Shown here piece after piece: positions 13,538-26,672 of a stretch of DNA of 64,000 bases. The notes beneath the pieces are model-generated. The model was not told where the DNA came from. It made no database searches and saw only the letters and a program-made list of their open reading frames with translations. Location: assembly GCA_050084985.1 (NCBI GenBank), contig JBITNC010000002.1, positions 15,066,001 to 15,130,000 of the forward strand, read 5' to 3'. The DNA is from Nageia nagi (taxonomy: Eukaryota; Plantae; Pinophyta). Numbering within the stretch: position 1 is the first letter of the stretch; each line of letters begins with the position of its first letter. The position numbers and the translations under genes were made by a program.

Positions 13538-14249
13538 TGTTGAAATGTATAATGCATTATTGTAAGGGTTTTGTAATAATCTTCTATGTAATTTCACTAA
13601 TACTTAAAGGTATCATCTGATATCTTAAGTATTTAAGTGAATTTGATATCTTGAGTAAAAGGATGTGCATGTCATGCTTTTGTACATTGGGTAAAAGGGT
13701 GATCCAAAGAGGAATTTTGACCTATAAATAGAAGGCTCCCTCTTTGAATCATATACCAATTTGTGGAGTAAAGTTATGCTATAGGATAGTGTTTAGGAGA
13801 AAAGTGTAGGAGGATTGTAAGAGTTCATATTTGTTAAGAAGAGAGATCTAGTTAGTGGATGTACTCTTAGTTGGAGGGACCACTTACATCTTGTGTTATC
13901 TTTGTGAGATTGCTTTTTGAGTTTGTTAGATGTATATTGTGAGCTTTCATATGATCTTGAGAGTTTAAAGTTGTTCATGTTATATTTCAATTCTCTCATT
14001 TTGTGTCAGAGCTCCTTGGAAACTCCTCTTCACATCCTTGGTTTGGACTCACCTTCAATTTGGAGTTCTTCATTGTGAGGTAAAATCAAGAGAAGGTATA
14101 ACTCCTCTAATTTTATTAGCTTTTTTCACCAATGATATTAATTTATATGTTATGTACTAGTTCATTTGATTTGGGCAATTTTTATAGCAATTCAATGTAA
14201 TTGTAATTTATACTAACAATTTCTATGTTAGTTGCAATTATTATTACAA

Positions 14250-14570
14250 AATTGCCTTATATTTTTTTTGCTATTACCAAAAAATTACCTTAATCCTCCT
14301 ATTATAAAAATTATAGTTGTACTCAACAATATTTTTTTATATATATATACTAACACAAAGGTAGTTTTTTCCCATTTACTAAAATTATTGTCAAATAATT
14401 GTAAATGGTTTATTTATTCACAAGGTCTATCTTGGTACTAACAATAAAGGGGAAGAGTTTTTTTTTTTTTGCAAAAATAAAAAAATTTACACTAGTATAC
14501 TTTTTTTTTCAAAATCAAGAGAGGGGGTTATTCTTTGGTAAAATAATAAAAATTATAAAAAAATTGGTAT
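14250..14570. mobile_element. Possible degenerate foldback MITE in the leader of element A
   Basis: AT-rich segment with loosely inverted halves (tattaccaaaaaattacct ~14272 vs ggggttattctttggtaaaata ~14524). Confidence 0.3.
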
Positions 14571-14571
14571 T

Positions 14572-14611
14572 AAATGGTAGAGCGCTCACTTAGCATGTAA
14601 GAGGTACGAGG
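14572..14611 (+). tRNA. tRNA-Ala(AGC)-derived fragment (D-loop to variable loop), non-functional
   Basis: aaatggtagagcgctcacttagcatgtaagaggtacgagg aligns to plant tRNA-Ala(AGC) ...AGATGGTAGAGCGCTCGCTTAGCATGCGAGAGGTACGGGG (recalled), with transition-type differences. Anticodon AGC is at 14592-14594. The acceptor stem and T-arm are absent. Confidence 0.75.
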
Positions 14612-15371
14612 TGCTCATGCTTGGTAGTGCTGGCTAGTAGCAATGGAGGTCTTGATGGTTCCCAACCCCACCTCTAAGTAGCACTGCCCCTAATGGCTAG
14701 CTTTGTGGAGCTCCTCCACACCACCATCATGTCGCCCCTCCATGATCCTCTTTGCATCTCTCCCCTTTCCCCTACGACTCCCTACCATTGCATCGTCACA
14801 CCTCTACTGCCCCTCATGGCTCCCTCCATGCCACACAATTCCTCTCCAACCTCCTCTACCCCGTTGCGACCTCTCCTAGCTCCTCATGGTCCCCTCCTCT
14901 GCTTAGCACCACCTCCTCTTTGCTTGTGGTTGTGTGCTAACTGCTCCTAAACTCTATGCATAGGGAAGGCGATTGGACTTGATTTTTTTGTTCCACCACC
15001 ACACGCTTCATGCCTAAACCATTCCTTAATTCTTATCCTTTTATTGGTCAAAGTAACATTTAATATTTTTTTATTGATTGCTTGTAAGCCATGATGTTTC
15101 CATTAAATAGAAGCAAACATATACTCCTTTTTGGTAGGCATTCAATATTTTTTTTGCTTGCTTGCAAGCCATTTCTTTCTAATAAATGCACTTAGAAGCA
15201 CTTATACTCCAAATTTAATGTTTATAATCATGTGTATCATGAATTACATTACTTTAGGGTATGTAGATGGCCTAAAATACATAATGAGTAAAATTATCAT
15301 CATTACTCCTTCATAGCTCTCCTACTTTTAGGAAATGTGGCAATATGTTTACTTTCTAAGTAAGTAAAAAT

Positions 15372-15374
<3 letters not shown>

Positions 15375-15416
<42 letters not shown>
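15375..15416. repeat. Poly(T) tract, 42 nt
   Basis: Uninterrupted T run. Confidence 0.95.
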
Positions 15417-15419
<3 letters not shown>

Positions 15420-18400
15420 TTAGAAGTATAACCTTTCACCTTCTTAATTTACTTAGGCAAAATGATAATTGTAGTGTAATTTTACTAAGGTAAAAATTAG
15501 CATTTTTTTTTACCTAAGTATCTGTTTAAGGGATCATATTGCCTAAATTTTTTAAGTAAATAATGGGAGGAGAAATTTTTATTGTTTTACTCAAATATTA
15601 GGGTAAAATGTCTATAATTGCTTTGAGAAGGGTAAAATGTACTTTTTACTTAAAAGTAATTTTTTTTTACTTTTTACTTCAGATTCTTAAACTTTCGACA
15701 TTATGATTAATAAATTCAAAACTTGCTTTTTTTAACATAATGATGGTACTATCTAAAAGTGCTTAAAATATTAAGTTAAGCTAAGTATGCTATCTTTAAT
15801 GGTTCAACTTTAAGTAAAAAGGAGGAATTTGTAATTTGTATTTTTTACTTAAATTTTAATTCATGTTGCTTGCATAATTTTTAAGTTTATGCTTAGAGCT
15901 TAAATTTTAAGTTAATGCTTACTACTTAAAAGTTAAATGCATGTTTAGTACTTAATTGTTCAAAGTTAATGATACATGCTTAAGGAATTAATTTTTTTTA
16001 GATGCTTAAATTTTTTTTAAGTCAAATAATGCATGCTTATTACTTGAATTTTTAAGTTATGATACTTCTTTAATTTTATGCAAAGTTTGGAATGGACTTG
16101 TGCAAAATAAAGAATGTTGTAAAGATGTCCTTTAAGGGTTGGTAAATAAAACCTATTGGACACTTAGGTTTTAAATTTTGAATGGATGTTGTTTTTACTT
16201 ATGCTCTTTTACTTCATGTTTCGCATTTTGATTTATTTGCTTATGCAAATAAAAATGCAAATATTGATATGAGCAACCCCATAAAATGAACATATTTATA
16301 TGTACATTCTGTAACATGATTTATTTAAGGAGCTATAAGGTGAGGATAGGTGGACAAGAGCTTTTAAGTTCAATGATCTAAATGGTGAAAAATTTGTACT
16401 TCTCAATTACCCTTAAGTCCTCTATTGGTCTGGACATAACTCCAATAGGTGGACAGGCATGTGTGTAGTGATACCACATGTTCGCACGTTTGATAACCTA
16501 GGAGAACAACTTGAAACTTAATCAAGATTAATAATTTGTTTAATCCAATATATGTCATAACCTTAAAAAATAGTAGATACTTCTTCTTATGAGAGTATAA
16601 TACAGAGCAAGGTAAACTGGTTGAGGATTGGTAATACTTAGGCTCCTCTTATGTGGGCATCCAGGTGAAAGCTTAATTTTAGATAAGAAAATAAGCTTCA
16701 ACAATGTCACTCTACATCTATGATTCTTGATATGAAAAATGTATTTGTGTGCATGGATTATTTGAGTTATAAAATATTTGCACTTATGAATCAAATCAAG
16801 CATGTCTCTAGTGTTAAATTTAGCATGTATTATTTACTTGGTTAAAACTTAACATATAATGTTGTTTATTGAATCACATGCTTATTACTTTTTCACATCT
16901 TTATGTAGCAAATAGAAGATTTTCTTTTATCCAAACACATTCTTTATGGTTCCAACTTTGGTATTTAGGAACCTTGAATGAAAACTAAATTACAGGCAAG
17001 AAAGCTTTGGTAAAAATAAATGAGAACCTTGTACTTCTTACAGATGAGAAAGCACTAAAGGCTTACAATATAAAGAATGAGTTGGCAACTTCCATAATTT
17101 ACATTATAGTTTCAGATGATGTGCTCTTGATGATTTTCTCTTCAACCTTGATAAAGAAAACTTGGGATAAGCTTAAGCAAATCTACCTTAGTTCAAATTT
17201 TCAAGAAGGTTTACCATTCTTCAAAATTTGTTTCAAACTCGTTAAGGGGAAGATGAAAATATTTTTATATACTTGAACAAAATCATTAACCTAAAGACCT
17301 AACTTGTTACTTATGGATGCAATTAGATTAATAATAAGTCCATGGTCTTCATTATTCTTTGAAGCTTTTTTTCAAAGTTTAAAAACTTTGTAACAGTTAT
17401 GAAAATAAGGATTGATGATGAAGAAGAAGTTTTCTACCTTGAGAACCTATCTAAGCACCTTTTGAAGCATGAGAAAACCTTTAACAATAAGGTGTTGATT
17501 TCTTCTCTTAAGGATAATAACATTGCTCTTGGAGTAACTAAAACTTCTTTTAAGAAGAAGTTCAACCATCAAAAAATTCTTATCTTTTTTCCTTCAAAAG
17601 GTTTGAGAAAAGAGGCAATGGCAACAACAACAACAAGAATAATGGTAACAATAGAAATAACAATAGTAGCAGGAATAACAACCACTTCAAGTAAAGAGAT
17701 AGAAAAGATAAAGCAAATAATTTATATCCTAAGAAAAAGTTTTATGGTAATTATAACTATTATGGCATCTAAAGTCATAAAGAAGTTGATTACTACAAAA
17801 AGAAATAAGAGAAAAAGAACAAAGGTAATAAAAATGTAAAAAATTATAAAGAAAAGAAGAATATTCAAGCTAGTTTTGCTACGACACTCTACTCCTTATC
17901 TCACTTTTTTTTATCTGATTGAATTATTGATTTTGGTTGCACTAATCACCTATGTTTTGAAAAAGAAAAATTTGAGAACTTTCATAAGTATAAAAAAAAT
18001 ATGGTTATGATAAGTGATAACTCTACCCTTGAAGTCTAAGGAATTGAGAGTGTGTTGATTCACAAAAAGATTCTTGACAATGTGCTCTATGTTCCTAAGC
18101 TTAGGATGAACCTTCTCTCCATAATCCAAGTTGCTAAAAAAGAGTACTCTTTTGATTTTGACTTTCAATTCTAGTCATTGAGAAAGGACTTACCACATTG
18201 GTTAAAAAATCAATGAAAGATGATCTCTATATTGTGGATCAAATTCTATAAAAAATATATTTTGCTACAAGTGTGTCTTCTAAAGGTAATCTTTGGTACC
18301 AATGTTTAAGGCATCTTAACCATAAGAGTATTCAAATTATGAAAGATCAAAAACTTGTGAAAAGTTTACCTTCAATTTTTTCTTTGATTAATTTATATGA

Positions 18401-18631
18401 GAAGTGCATTCTTGGCAATATGCATAACTAAAAATTAAAAAAAAAAAGATAAAGCAATAAAAGCATCTCAACCTCTTTAACTTGTGCTTAAACTATATCA
18501 CTTGAAGAAGCATCTTACATCTTAACCTTCATTGATGATTTTAGTAAGATGACCTTTGGATACCTACTTGAGCACAAGAATCAAACTTTTGAGAGTTTTA
18601 AGATTTTTAATATTTTTATCAAGAATCAAAT

Positions 18632-21600
18632 TGAAGGAACTAACACTAACAAGATAATTCTTAAATAACCAAGATCACATGAATGCTCTCAATTCACATC
18701 TAACTATCACACAAAGTAATTTCATAAAAATAACATAAGATGTAAGGGGTTCCTTCAACTAAGAGTACATCCACTAACTAGATCTCTTTTTTTTAACAAA
18801 TATAAACTTTTACAATCCTTCTACTCTTATATCCTAACCACTATCCTATAGCATAACATTACTCCATAATTGGTGTGTGATCATAAAAAAGGAGCCTTCT
18901 ATTTATAGGCCAACATCCCTCTTTGGATCACCTTTTTATCCAATGTAAAAAAGCATGACATGCACATCCTTTTATCCAAGGGGCATGCTCATGACATGGA
19001 GTGTAGGATAAGTTATATTATCATATTCACTTAAATACTTAAGGTATCAAATTATACCCTTAAGTATTAGTGAATTTACATAGAAGATTTAATACAAACC
19101 TTTACAATAATGCATTATACATTCTAACACTCTCTTTTAATGCAATATTGGCCAATATTTTGGCTTTTAAAATTTTATATAAATTTTTCACATAGAGCAA
19201 ACTTACCATGAAAATGTATAACAAAATCAACACTATACAACATAAAATCCTTCTAAAGGTGAAGTTATCATCATAAACATGAATTCAACATAAGAATTCA
19301 AACTTCACTTCCCCTTGAAGGAAATTTTATCAACCTGATAGCATCTTTAAGCTTACAAAACTAAACTTTCAGGAATGGCTTGGTGAATAAATCAATAGAG
19401 TTCAAGGTAGATGGATAATACTCCAAGTGTGTGATGCCATCAAGAACCTTCTCTCTGACAAAATAGGTATGGATTTTTACATATTTTGTTCTTTTATAAA
19501 ACATTAGATTCTTAGCTAAAGAAATAACCAATTGATTATCTGAAGAGATAAAAAATGAGCCATCTTGCTCATACTCAATTTCTTTCATAAGATGCCTTAG
19601 CCAAATGGCTTCTTTGGCTGCAACAAACATGGCACAATATTCAACTTCTATGATGGAAAGAGAAATAGTAGGTTACTTCTTAAAAATCTAAGAGATAGCA
19701 CCTGAACCAATGCTAAACACATACATAAAGGTTGACTTCCTGTCATCTCTATCTCCTCCATAGTCAAAATTTAAGAATTCAAAGAGAATAAATGAGAGCA
19801 AGATCCTTAGTCCCTATAACATACCTCAAGATTTGCTTAACATTGAGGTGCTCAACATATGGTTTTTGCATGAAATGTGCCATCAAATTCACTGCAAAGG
19901 TAATGTATAGCTTGGATATAATCAAATACAAAAGATTATGAATTAATTACTTGTAAGCTGTAGCATCAGCTAATTGAAAGTTGAAGCTTAAAGAAATAGT
20001 GATTCCAAAAAAAATTAAGATTATAGCATATCCATATTTTTTAATTTCAAACTTTTGTAAGATGTTTGATATATACTTAGATTGATTAAGGTAAGTACAA
20101 TCTATGTATTGAAACACTTGCATTCTAAGATAGTAGTGCAAGAGACCAAGATCAATTATTTCAAACGTTACCTTAAGTTTGGATATGCACTCTTGAATGA
20201 TTTCATCATTATTTTTAGTAATTAAAAGATCATCCACATAAAAGAGAATCAAGAACACATTTTTTCTTTGATTTGAACACATATAGATAAGAGTCAGAAA
20301 AAATACTTAGAGAAACCAATGTCTGTAAAGTACTATGAAATCTTTTTATACCAAGCTCAAGGTGCTTACTTAAATCCATACAATGACTTCTTTAGCTTGC
20401 ACACAAAGGACTCTACCTTTCACAATAAACTCTTCTAGTTGATTCATGAAGATTTTCATATCTAAGTCACCATTGAGAAATGCACTCTTGACATCAAGTT
20501 GAAAAACTTTCTATTCTTGAGCTGTAAAAAAAGTAAGGATAACTCTCATAGTAAATATATTTGCCACATGAGTAAAGGTTTCTTTATAATTTATACTGTA
20601 TTTCTAAGCAAAACCTTTAGCTACTAACCTTGCCTTGTATTTCTCAATATCTCTAATTGAATTGAACTTGATCTTGTAGATCCACTTATTATCAATCACA
20701 TTCTTATCATTGGGATAAGGAACCAAGTCCAAAGTTTTATTCTTCATAATAGTCTCATAATCCACTTTCATGGCTTCCATCCAACACTCATGCTTAGAAG
20801 CTTCTTTGAAGGTTGAGGGCTCATGCTTATTATCAATTTTGATTATTAAGAATTTGTTCAAGGTCATGATCCTTGATACCCTTTGTGTTGAAGAATTTTG
20901 TTCCTGAGATAACTTATCTATATCAATATCCAACCAGTTAGAAGCAACTGAAGAGTCCTCTAGATCATCAACATTCTCATTAGAAGTAGATTCTTTAGGA
21001 AGTTTATTGAACTTTACATCATTTGAAATGAATACTAGTTTATAGGTTGAAGAGAAAAGTTCGTAGCCTCTATGCTGATTGTCATATCCCTCAAAGATGC
21101 ATTTTTTAGTTCTTTTATTTAATTTTTTCTATTCTTAAAAAATAATCTAGGAGAAAGCTTCACAACCAAATGCCTTAAGGTGAGAAATGTTAAGTTTTCT
21201 TCTTGACCATACCTCAAAAGGAGTTTTACTCTAAACAACTTTTGTGAGACACTTATTCAAGATGTAAATAGCAATGCTCACAGCTTCACCCCATAAGAAT
21301 TTAGAAAGATTACCCAACATGCATCTAGCCATCTTCATAATTATTCTATTTTTTCTTTTAGCAACACCGTTCTACTGAGAAGTGTATGAAATTGTAAACT
21401 ACCTCTTAATTTCATACTCAGCATATATAGTTATTGAATTCATTGTTGTTATATTCTATCCCATTATCTAATCTCAACTTCTTAATTTTAAAGTGAATTT
21501 GATTATCAACCAAGGCCTTAAAAATTTTAAAAGTTTCAAAGGTTTGATTTTTGTGTTCAAGTAGATACCCAAAGGTCATCCTACTAAAGTCATCAATGAA

Positions 21601-23900
21601 GGTCAAGACGTAAGATATTTTTTCAAGTAAATTAGTCTAAAATAGACCTATCAAATCTGAATGCATAAGTTGAAGAAGTTGAAATGCTCTTGTTGCCTTA
21701 TCTTTTTCAAACTTTTATCTATGCATCTTACCAAGAATGCACTTCTCGCATAGACCAATTGAAGGAGAAATTGAAGGTAAACCTTTCACAAGTTCTTGAT
21801 CTTTCATGATATGAATACTCTTATGGTTAAGGTACCCTAAATGATGGTGCCAAAGATTACCTTTAGAACACACTAAAAGTAAGACATATCTTTGATGGAA
21901 CTTGATCCACAATGTAAAGGTTATCTTTTACAGATCTTTTAACTAAAATGGCAAGTTCTTTCTTAATGCACTAGGGTTGAAAGTCAAACTCAAAATGAGT
22001 ACCCTCCATTTTTAGTAACTTGGATTACAAAGAGAAGGTTTATTCTAAGCTTAAGTACAAAGAAAATATTATCAATAACCTTCTTATGAATAAACACATT
22101 TCTAATTCTATGAATTTCAAGGGTAAATATATCACCTATCACAATCGCATCTCATACTTGTGAAAGTTCTTAAACTTTTCTTTTTCAAAGCATAGGTGAT
22201 TAGTGCAACCAAAATCAATAATCCAATTAGATAGAAAAGAGTGAATTATGGATAAGAGATTTCTCATGCTTCAATAGATGCTTAAAAAGATTCTCAAAGG
22301 TTCATCATTTAAGTTTGAAAACTTTGAAGAATGATAAAGACCATGAAGTCATCATTAATTCAATTGCACCTACAAGTAACAAGTTGAGTCTTTAGATCAA
22401 TGATTTTATTTAAGTAGATAGCCATATTTTCATCTTCCTCTTGACGAAATTGAAGTAACTTTTAGAGAATGGTAAACCTTCTTGAAAAGTTTGAACCAAG
22501 GTAGATTTGCTTTAGCTTATCCTATGCTTTCTTTATTGAGGTTGAAAAGGATATCATCAAGAACATATCATCTGAAACTTCATGGTAAATCATAGAGGAT
22601 GTCAACTCATTCTTTATGTTGTAATCCTCTAGTGCCTTCTCATCTGTAGGCACAAAGTTCTCATTCACTATTTACTAAAGCTTCCTTACTTGCAATTCGA
22701 TTTTCATCCAAGGTTCTCAAATCTCATAGTTGGAACTATCAAAAATATGTTTGGGTAAAAAAGATTCTTTCATTTGCTACATAAAAATATGAAATAATAA
22801 GCATGTGGTTTCAATAATCAACATTAAATGTTAATGTTTGATCACGTAAATAATATATGTTACATTTAACATTAAAAATATGCTTGATTTGATTCATAAA
22901 TGCAAATATACAATTCAAATAATACCCATGTACCCAAATACATTTCTCATCTTAAGAATCATAGATATAGAGAGATATTGTTGAAATTAATTTTCTTATC
23001 TAAAATTAGACTTTCACTTGGATGTCCACATAAGAGGAGCCCAAGTACTACCAATCCTCAACCAGTTCCTTTTAGGTAGCAATATACACTCATAAGGAGA
23101 AGTACTAGCTATTTTTCAAGATTTCGATATTTATTAGATCGATCAAATTATTAATTTTGATTAGATTTCAAATTTTTCTTTTAAGTCATTAGGATAATCC
23201 TTAAATGGACATGTGGTATCACTACACACGTCTATCCACTTAATAGAGTTATGTCTAGACCAACAAAAAACTTAAGGGCAAATAAAAAGTACAAACTTTT
23301 CACCATTTTGATTATTGAACTTAAAAGCTCTTGCCTGCCTATCCTCACCTCATGGCTTCTCAAACAAGTCATATTGCAAAATGTACGTGCGAATGTGTTC
23401 ATTTTAGGGGTTTGCTCATATCAATATTTGCATTTTTATTTGCATAAGCAAATAAATCAAAATGCAAAATATGAAATAAAAGAGCATAAGTAAAACATCA
23501 TCCATTCAATAACTTAAAACCTAAATTTCTAATGGGTTTTATTTACCAACCTCTAAAGGACATCTTTACATTAATCCTAATTTTGCACAAATTATCTTTG
23601 CAAAAAAAAAAAAAAAATGATTAAGCATTCATTAATTTCGTAAGTTAACTTTGCATAAAGGATAAATACTTAGGCATAAGCAAAATTAAGTTCTAAAAAA
23701 ATGAAATCCTTAAAGCATGCATTATTTGACTTAAAATAAGTATCATCTAGCGTAAATTTTAAGTCATTTAAGCAAGTATTAGGCATGCATAAAATTTAAG
23801 TACTAAGCATAAGTATGCATCATTTTAACTTAAAAGTATGCATCTTAATAATTTTAAGTAAAGAATAAAATCTCCCCCTCTTACTTAAAATCTCCTGACA
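18632..23900 (-). mobile_element. Copia element B: leader, degenerate gag-pol (~22790-19330), PPT 19130-19142, 3' LTR 19129-18632
   Basis: Minus-strand LWHHHLGYLN...CEKCILGKMHR, TFIDDFSR...IKKLRLDNG, EPSTFKEA...KWIYKIK...[19 protein letters not shown] and AKEAIWLR...SDNQ...KRTKYV give Copia order (IN-RT-RH). Purine tract TTAAAAGAGAG precedes the LTR TGTTAGAATG...CCTTCA. About 0.4 kb of gag is deleted relative to A. Confidence 0.92.
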
Positions 23901-24119
23901 TGATTTTGCCAAAAAATGTCTAAATCACCTTAGAATGCATTTAAGTACAAGTCATCATTTTGCCTTAAGGCTCAAGGTAATGGGAAGAGACAAAATCATT
24001 AACTTTGAGTATACGCTATGCAAGTAATTAAAACTTCTAAGTGCATTGAGTAAAGAGAAGACTTGTAAGTATTTTAAAAAATTTAAAATCTCATAACCAC
24101 TTCAATAGTTTGCAATTTT

Positions 24120-24280
24120 GAAGAAGGGCAAACCATTTTTACCATTTCAACATGTCATGGAGAAAGGTGAACATTTTTAATTACTCCAACAATTTGTAGT
24201 CATGGAGAAGGGCGAACCTTTTTAACCATTCCAACAATTTGTAATCATAAAAAAAGGTGAACCTTTTTAACCACTACAAT
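24120..24280. repeat. Degenerate ~44-bp tandem repeat (about 4 copies)
   Basis: Repeated gtcatggagaa(a/g)gg(t/c)gaacc/atttttaaccattccaacaatttgta units. Confidence 0.75.
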
Positions 24281-25059
24281 TCTCTAGCAAAAATGAGGAA
24301 TGTAAATAAGGATAAACTTCCCAAACATGAAAATAGATTATCACCAATTCTAAAAGATTGGATAAATTTTTAAAATAAAATGACATCAATCCAAAAATAG
24401 ATAAACTTTCAAAAAATGAAAGTAAGGTGACATGAATCCAAAACATAAATTTTCAACAAATAAGGTCACATCAATCCACAATATGGTCATAAACTTCCAA
24501 CCATGGAAGGTATTAATCCCCTTACACACAAAAACATTATAAATTACCAATTTTCATTATATATAAAGGCCAATTTTTTTATTGCCAAGGCCATAAGATT
24601 ATTTACCAATTTATTTAAGGCAAAAGAATTGCAACAATACCACTAAAGTGTAGATTTTATTCCATTAAGGAGGTTAAAACACAAGATAGCATGAAATCAA
24701 CATTACACTATGTAAAATAATTGCAATTTGACCAAATTATCCAACCAACATTGTTGAATTTGTTTAACCAAGTAAATCGATAAAGAATTGTTAAATTTTT
24801 TAACCAATTTTCACATGAGCAAAAAGTTTACAATCAAATCAAAAGATATATCTCATACATCTAACATTTTGTCATAACCAAGTAACATTGTAGAGAGGAT
24901 AGAGTTGAGGTTGTTTTCTAATTTTAGATGTTTGCATGTAGCATTTGATGATGAAATCCAAGTCATGATGGAGCTCAAGTCCTACAAATCCTCAACCAAT
25001 TCCCCTAGGTCAATAATATAATTTTACAAAAAAAAGTATTAGCTATTTTTCAAATGTGT

Positions 25060-25936
25060 GACGTATGTTGGATCATCCAAATTATTATCTTGATTAGATT
25101 TCAAATTCTCCTAGGTTATCAAGATAATCCTTGAATGAACATGCAGACATTTGGTATCACTACACATTCATGTCCACTTATATAGAGTCATGTCCAAACC
25201 AATAAAAGAATTAGAGATAATTAATAAATACGAACTTTACACCATTTAGTTATTCAGACTAAAGGCTCTAGTTTGCCTTGTCCTCCCCTCATATCTCTCT
25301 AAACAAATCATGTTGTGAAAAAAGCATTCAAATGTGTTCATTTTAAGGGGTGCACTTACGATGTTTACAATTTTTGCAATAAAAGCAAAGTGCTTGACAT
25401 AAAGTGCTTAAACAAATGATACGTCATCCAAAAAATTGAAACCTGAGTCCAATGGGTTTTGTTTCCAACCCCAAGAGGACTTCTTTACAAAAAAATACAT
25501 GAGTTCATTATTTTTAAGTAACAAAAAAAAAGGAGTCCTCCTTTTACTTTAAAAAATTGAACTTAGCAAAAAAATGCTCCCTTTCACATTAAAAAGCACT
25601 TAAGTAAAAATATATCCATTTTTAACTAAAGGAAGAGAGAAAAAATTCCCACCTAACTCCCCCAAAAATTCTCTCTACATAACTCGTTAAAAAACCTTAG
25701 AGCAAATATTATTAATATTGTTTTAACAATAATCAAATCTTGTATTTAACAACTAACAAAGGTTATTAAATAACTTTTTAAAGTAACTTTGCACCTTATT
25801 TCTCAAAGGTAAAAAAATTTTTACATTGTAAAAGTTTATATTTGCAATGGTCTCCTCCATTTTTTGAATAAACATAAATTCAAAAAATAAATACTTCCCA
25901 AAAAAACTTAACCTTTCTATAAAATATAATCCTTCC

Positions 25937-26010
<74 letters not shown>

Positions 26011-26672
26011 TAAAAAAATTCATCAATGAGTCAATCATGTAATTAAAGTATTTACAATTTTCAACCACTGGACTTGTAATACATTAATGAAGAAGCATTG
26101 GGAGCGAGGGGCCCTGCTACCAATTGAAAAAAAAAGCATACAAGACTAAATCCCTAATTACCCAAAATCACATGAAGACTCTAAAACATCATCACAATAA
26201 TATGAATACAAAACCAATCTCACAAAGTTGACATCAATATAAAGTAGTTCCTTCAACCATGGAAATCCATCCATAAATATAAGATCTTATTCTCAAATAG
26301 CACTCTCTTACAACTCACTTCTCCTACAACCTAGATAAGATTATAACTTTGCTACAAACTCGAATGAATGATCTCAAGGAGAAGACTTTTTATTTATAAG
26401 CTAAAATCCTCCCTTAGATCACACTTTTAACCATTGTACAATGTCATGACATGCATCACCCTTTAATCCAAAGGGCATGCTCATGAGATGGCATGTAGGA
26501 CAATTTACATTATCTTATTCACAAATATTTAAAAGGTATCTAAGGATATTTTTAAGTATCAATGACTTTATATTATCATATTTACTAAATACTTTAGGTA
26601 TCTATGGATACCCTTAAGTATTAAGTGAATTACATTAAAAGACCTTACAATAACGCATTATACATTCCAACA
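25060..26672 (-). mobile_element. Copia piece D: more divergent 5' LTR 26672-26125, PBS-like ~26122-26110, and leader including a second copy of the 23130-23570 block
   Basis: LTR starts TGTTGGAATGTATAATGCG and ends ...TTTTCA, followed by TGGTAGCAGGGCC. It is homologous to the LTRs of A and B but visibly more diverged, and carries an internal ~60-bp duplication. 25060-25490 repeats 23130-23570. Confidence 0.75.
25941..26006. repeat. (TA)33 microsatellite
   Basis: Perfect TA run. Confidence 0.95.

Larger units (their letters stand above)
13538..18631 (+). mobile_element. Copia element A: 5' LTR 13538-13998, PBS-like 14001-14012, ~2.9-kb leader, degenerate gag/protease/integrase N-part, truncated in the integrase core
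   Basis: LTR TGTTGAAATG...CTCTCA followed by TTGTGTCAGAGC (close to the tRNA-iMet PBS TGGTATCAGAGC). Gag-like KKTWDKLKQIY, protease IIDFGCTNH, pre-integrase LWYQCLRHLNHKS and integrase LTFIDDFSKMT, all with stops and frameshifts. Confidence 0.85.

Noticed and set aside
24120-24510. CRISPR-like repeat array
   Set aside because: Degenerate tandem repeats without unique spacers, in a eukaryotic TE context with no cas genes
25880-26068. 62-aa ORF with YI repeats
   Set aside because: Artefact of the (TA)n microsatellite
18632-26672. One intact 8-kb Copia element bounded by LTRs 18632-19129 and 26125-26672
   Set aside because: No TSD (caaat vs atggc), the LTRs are markedly diverged and the leader block is duplicated; better read as two pieces
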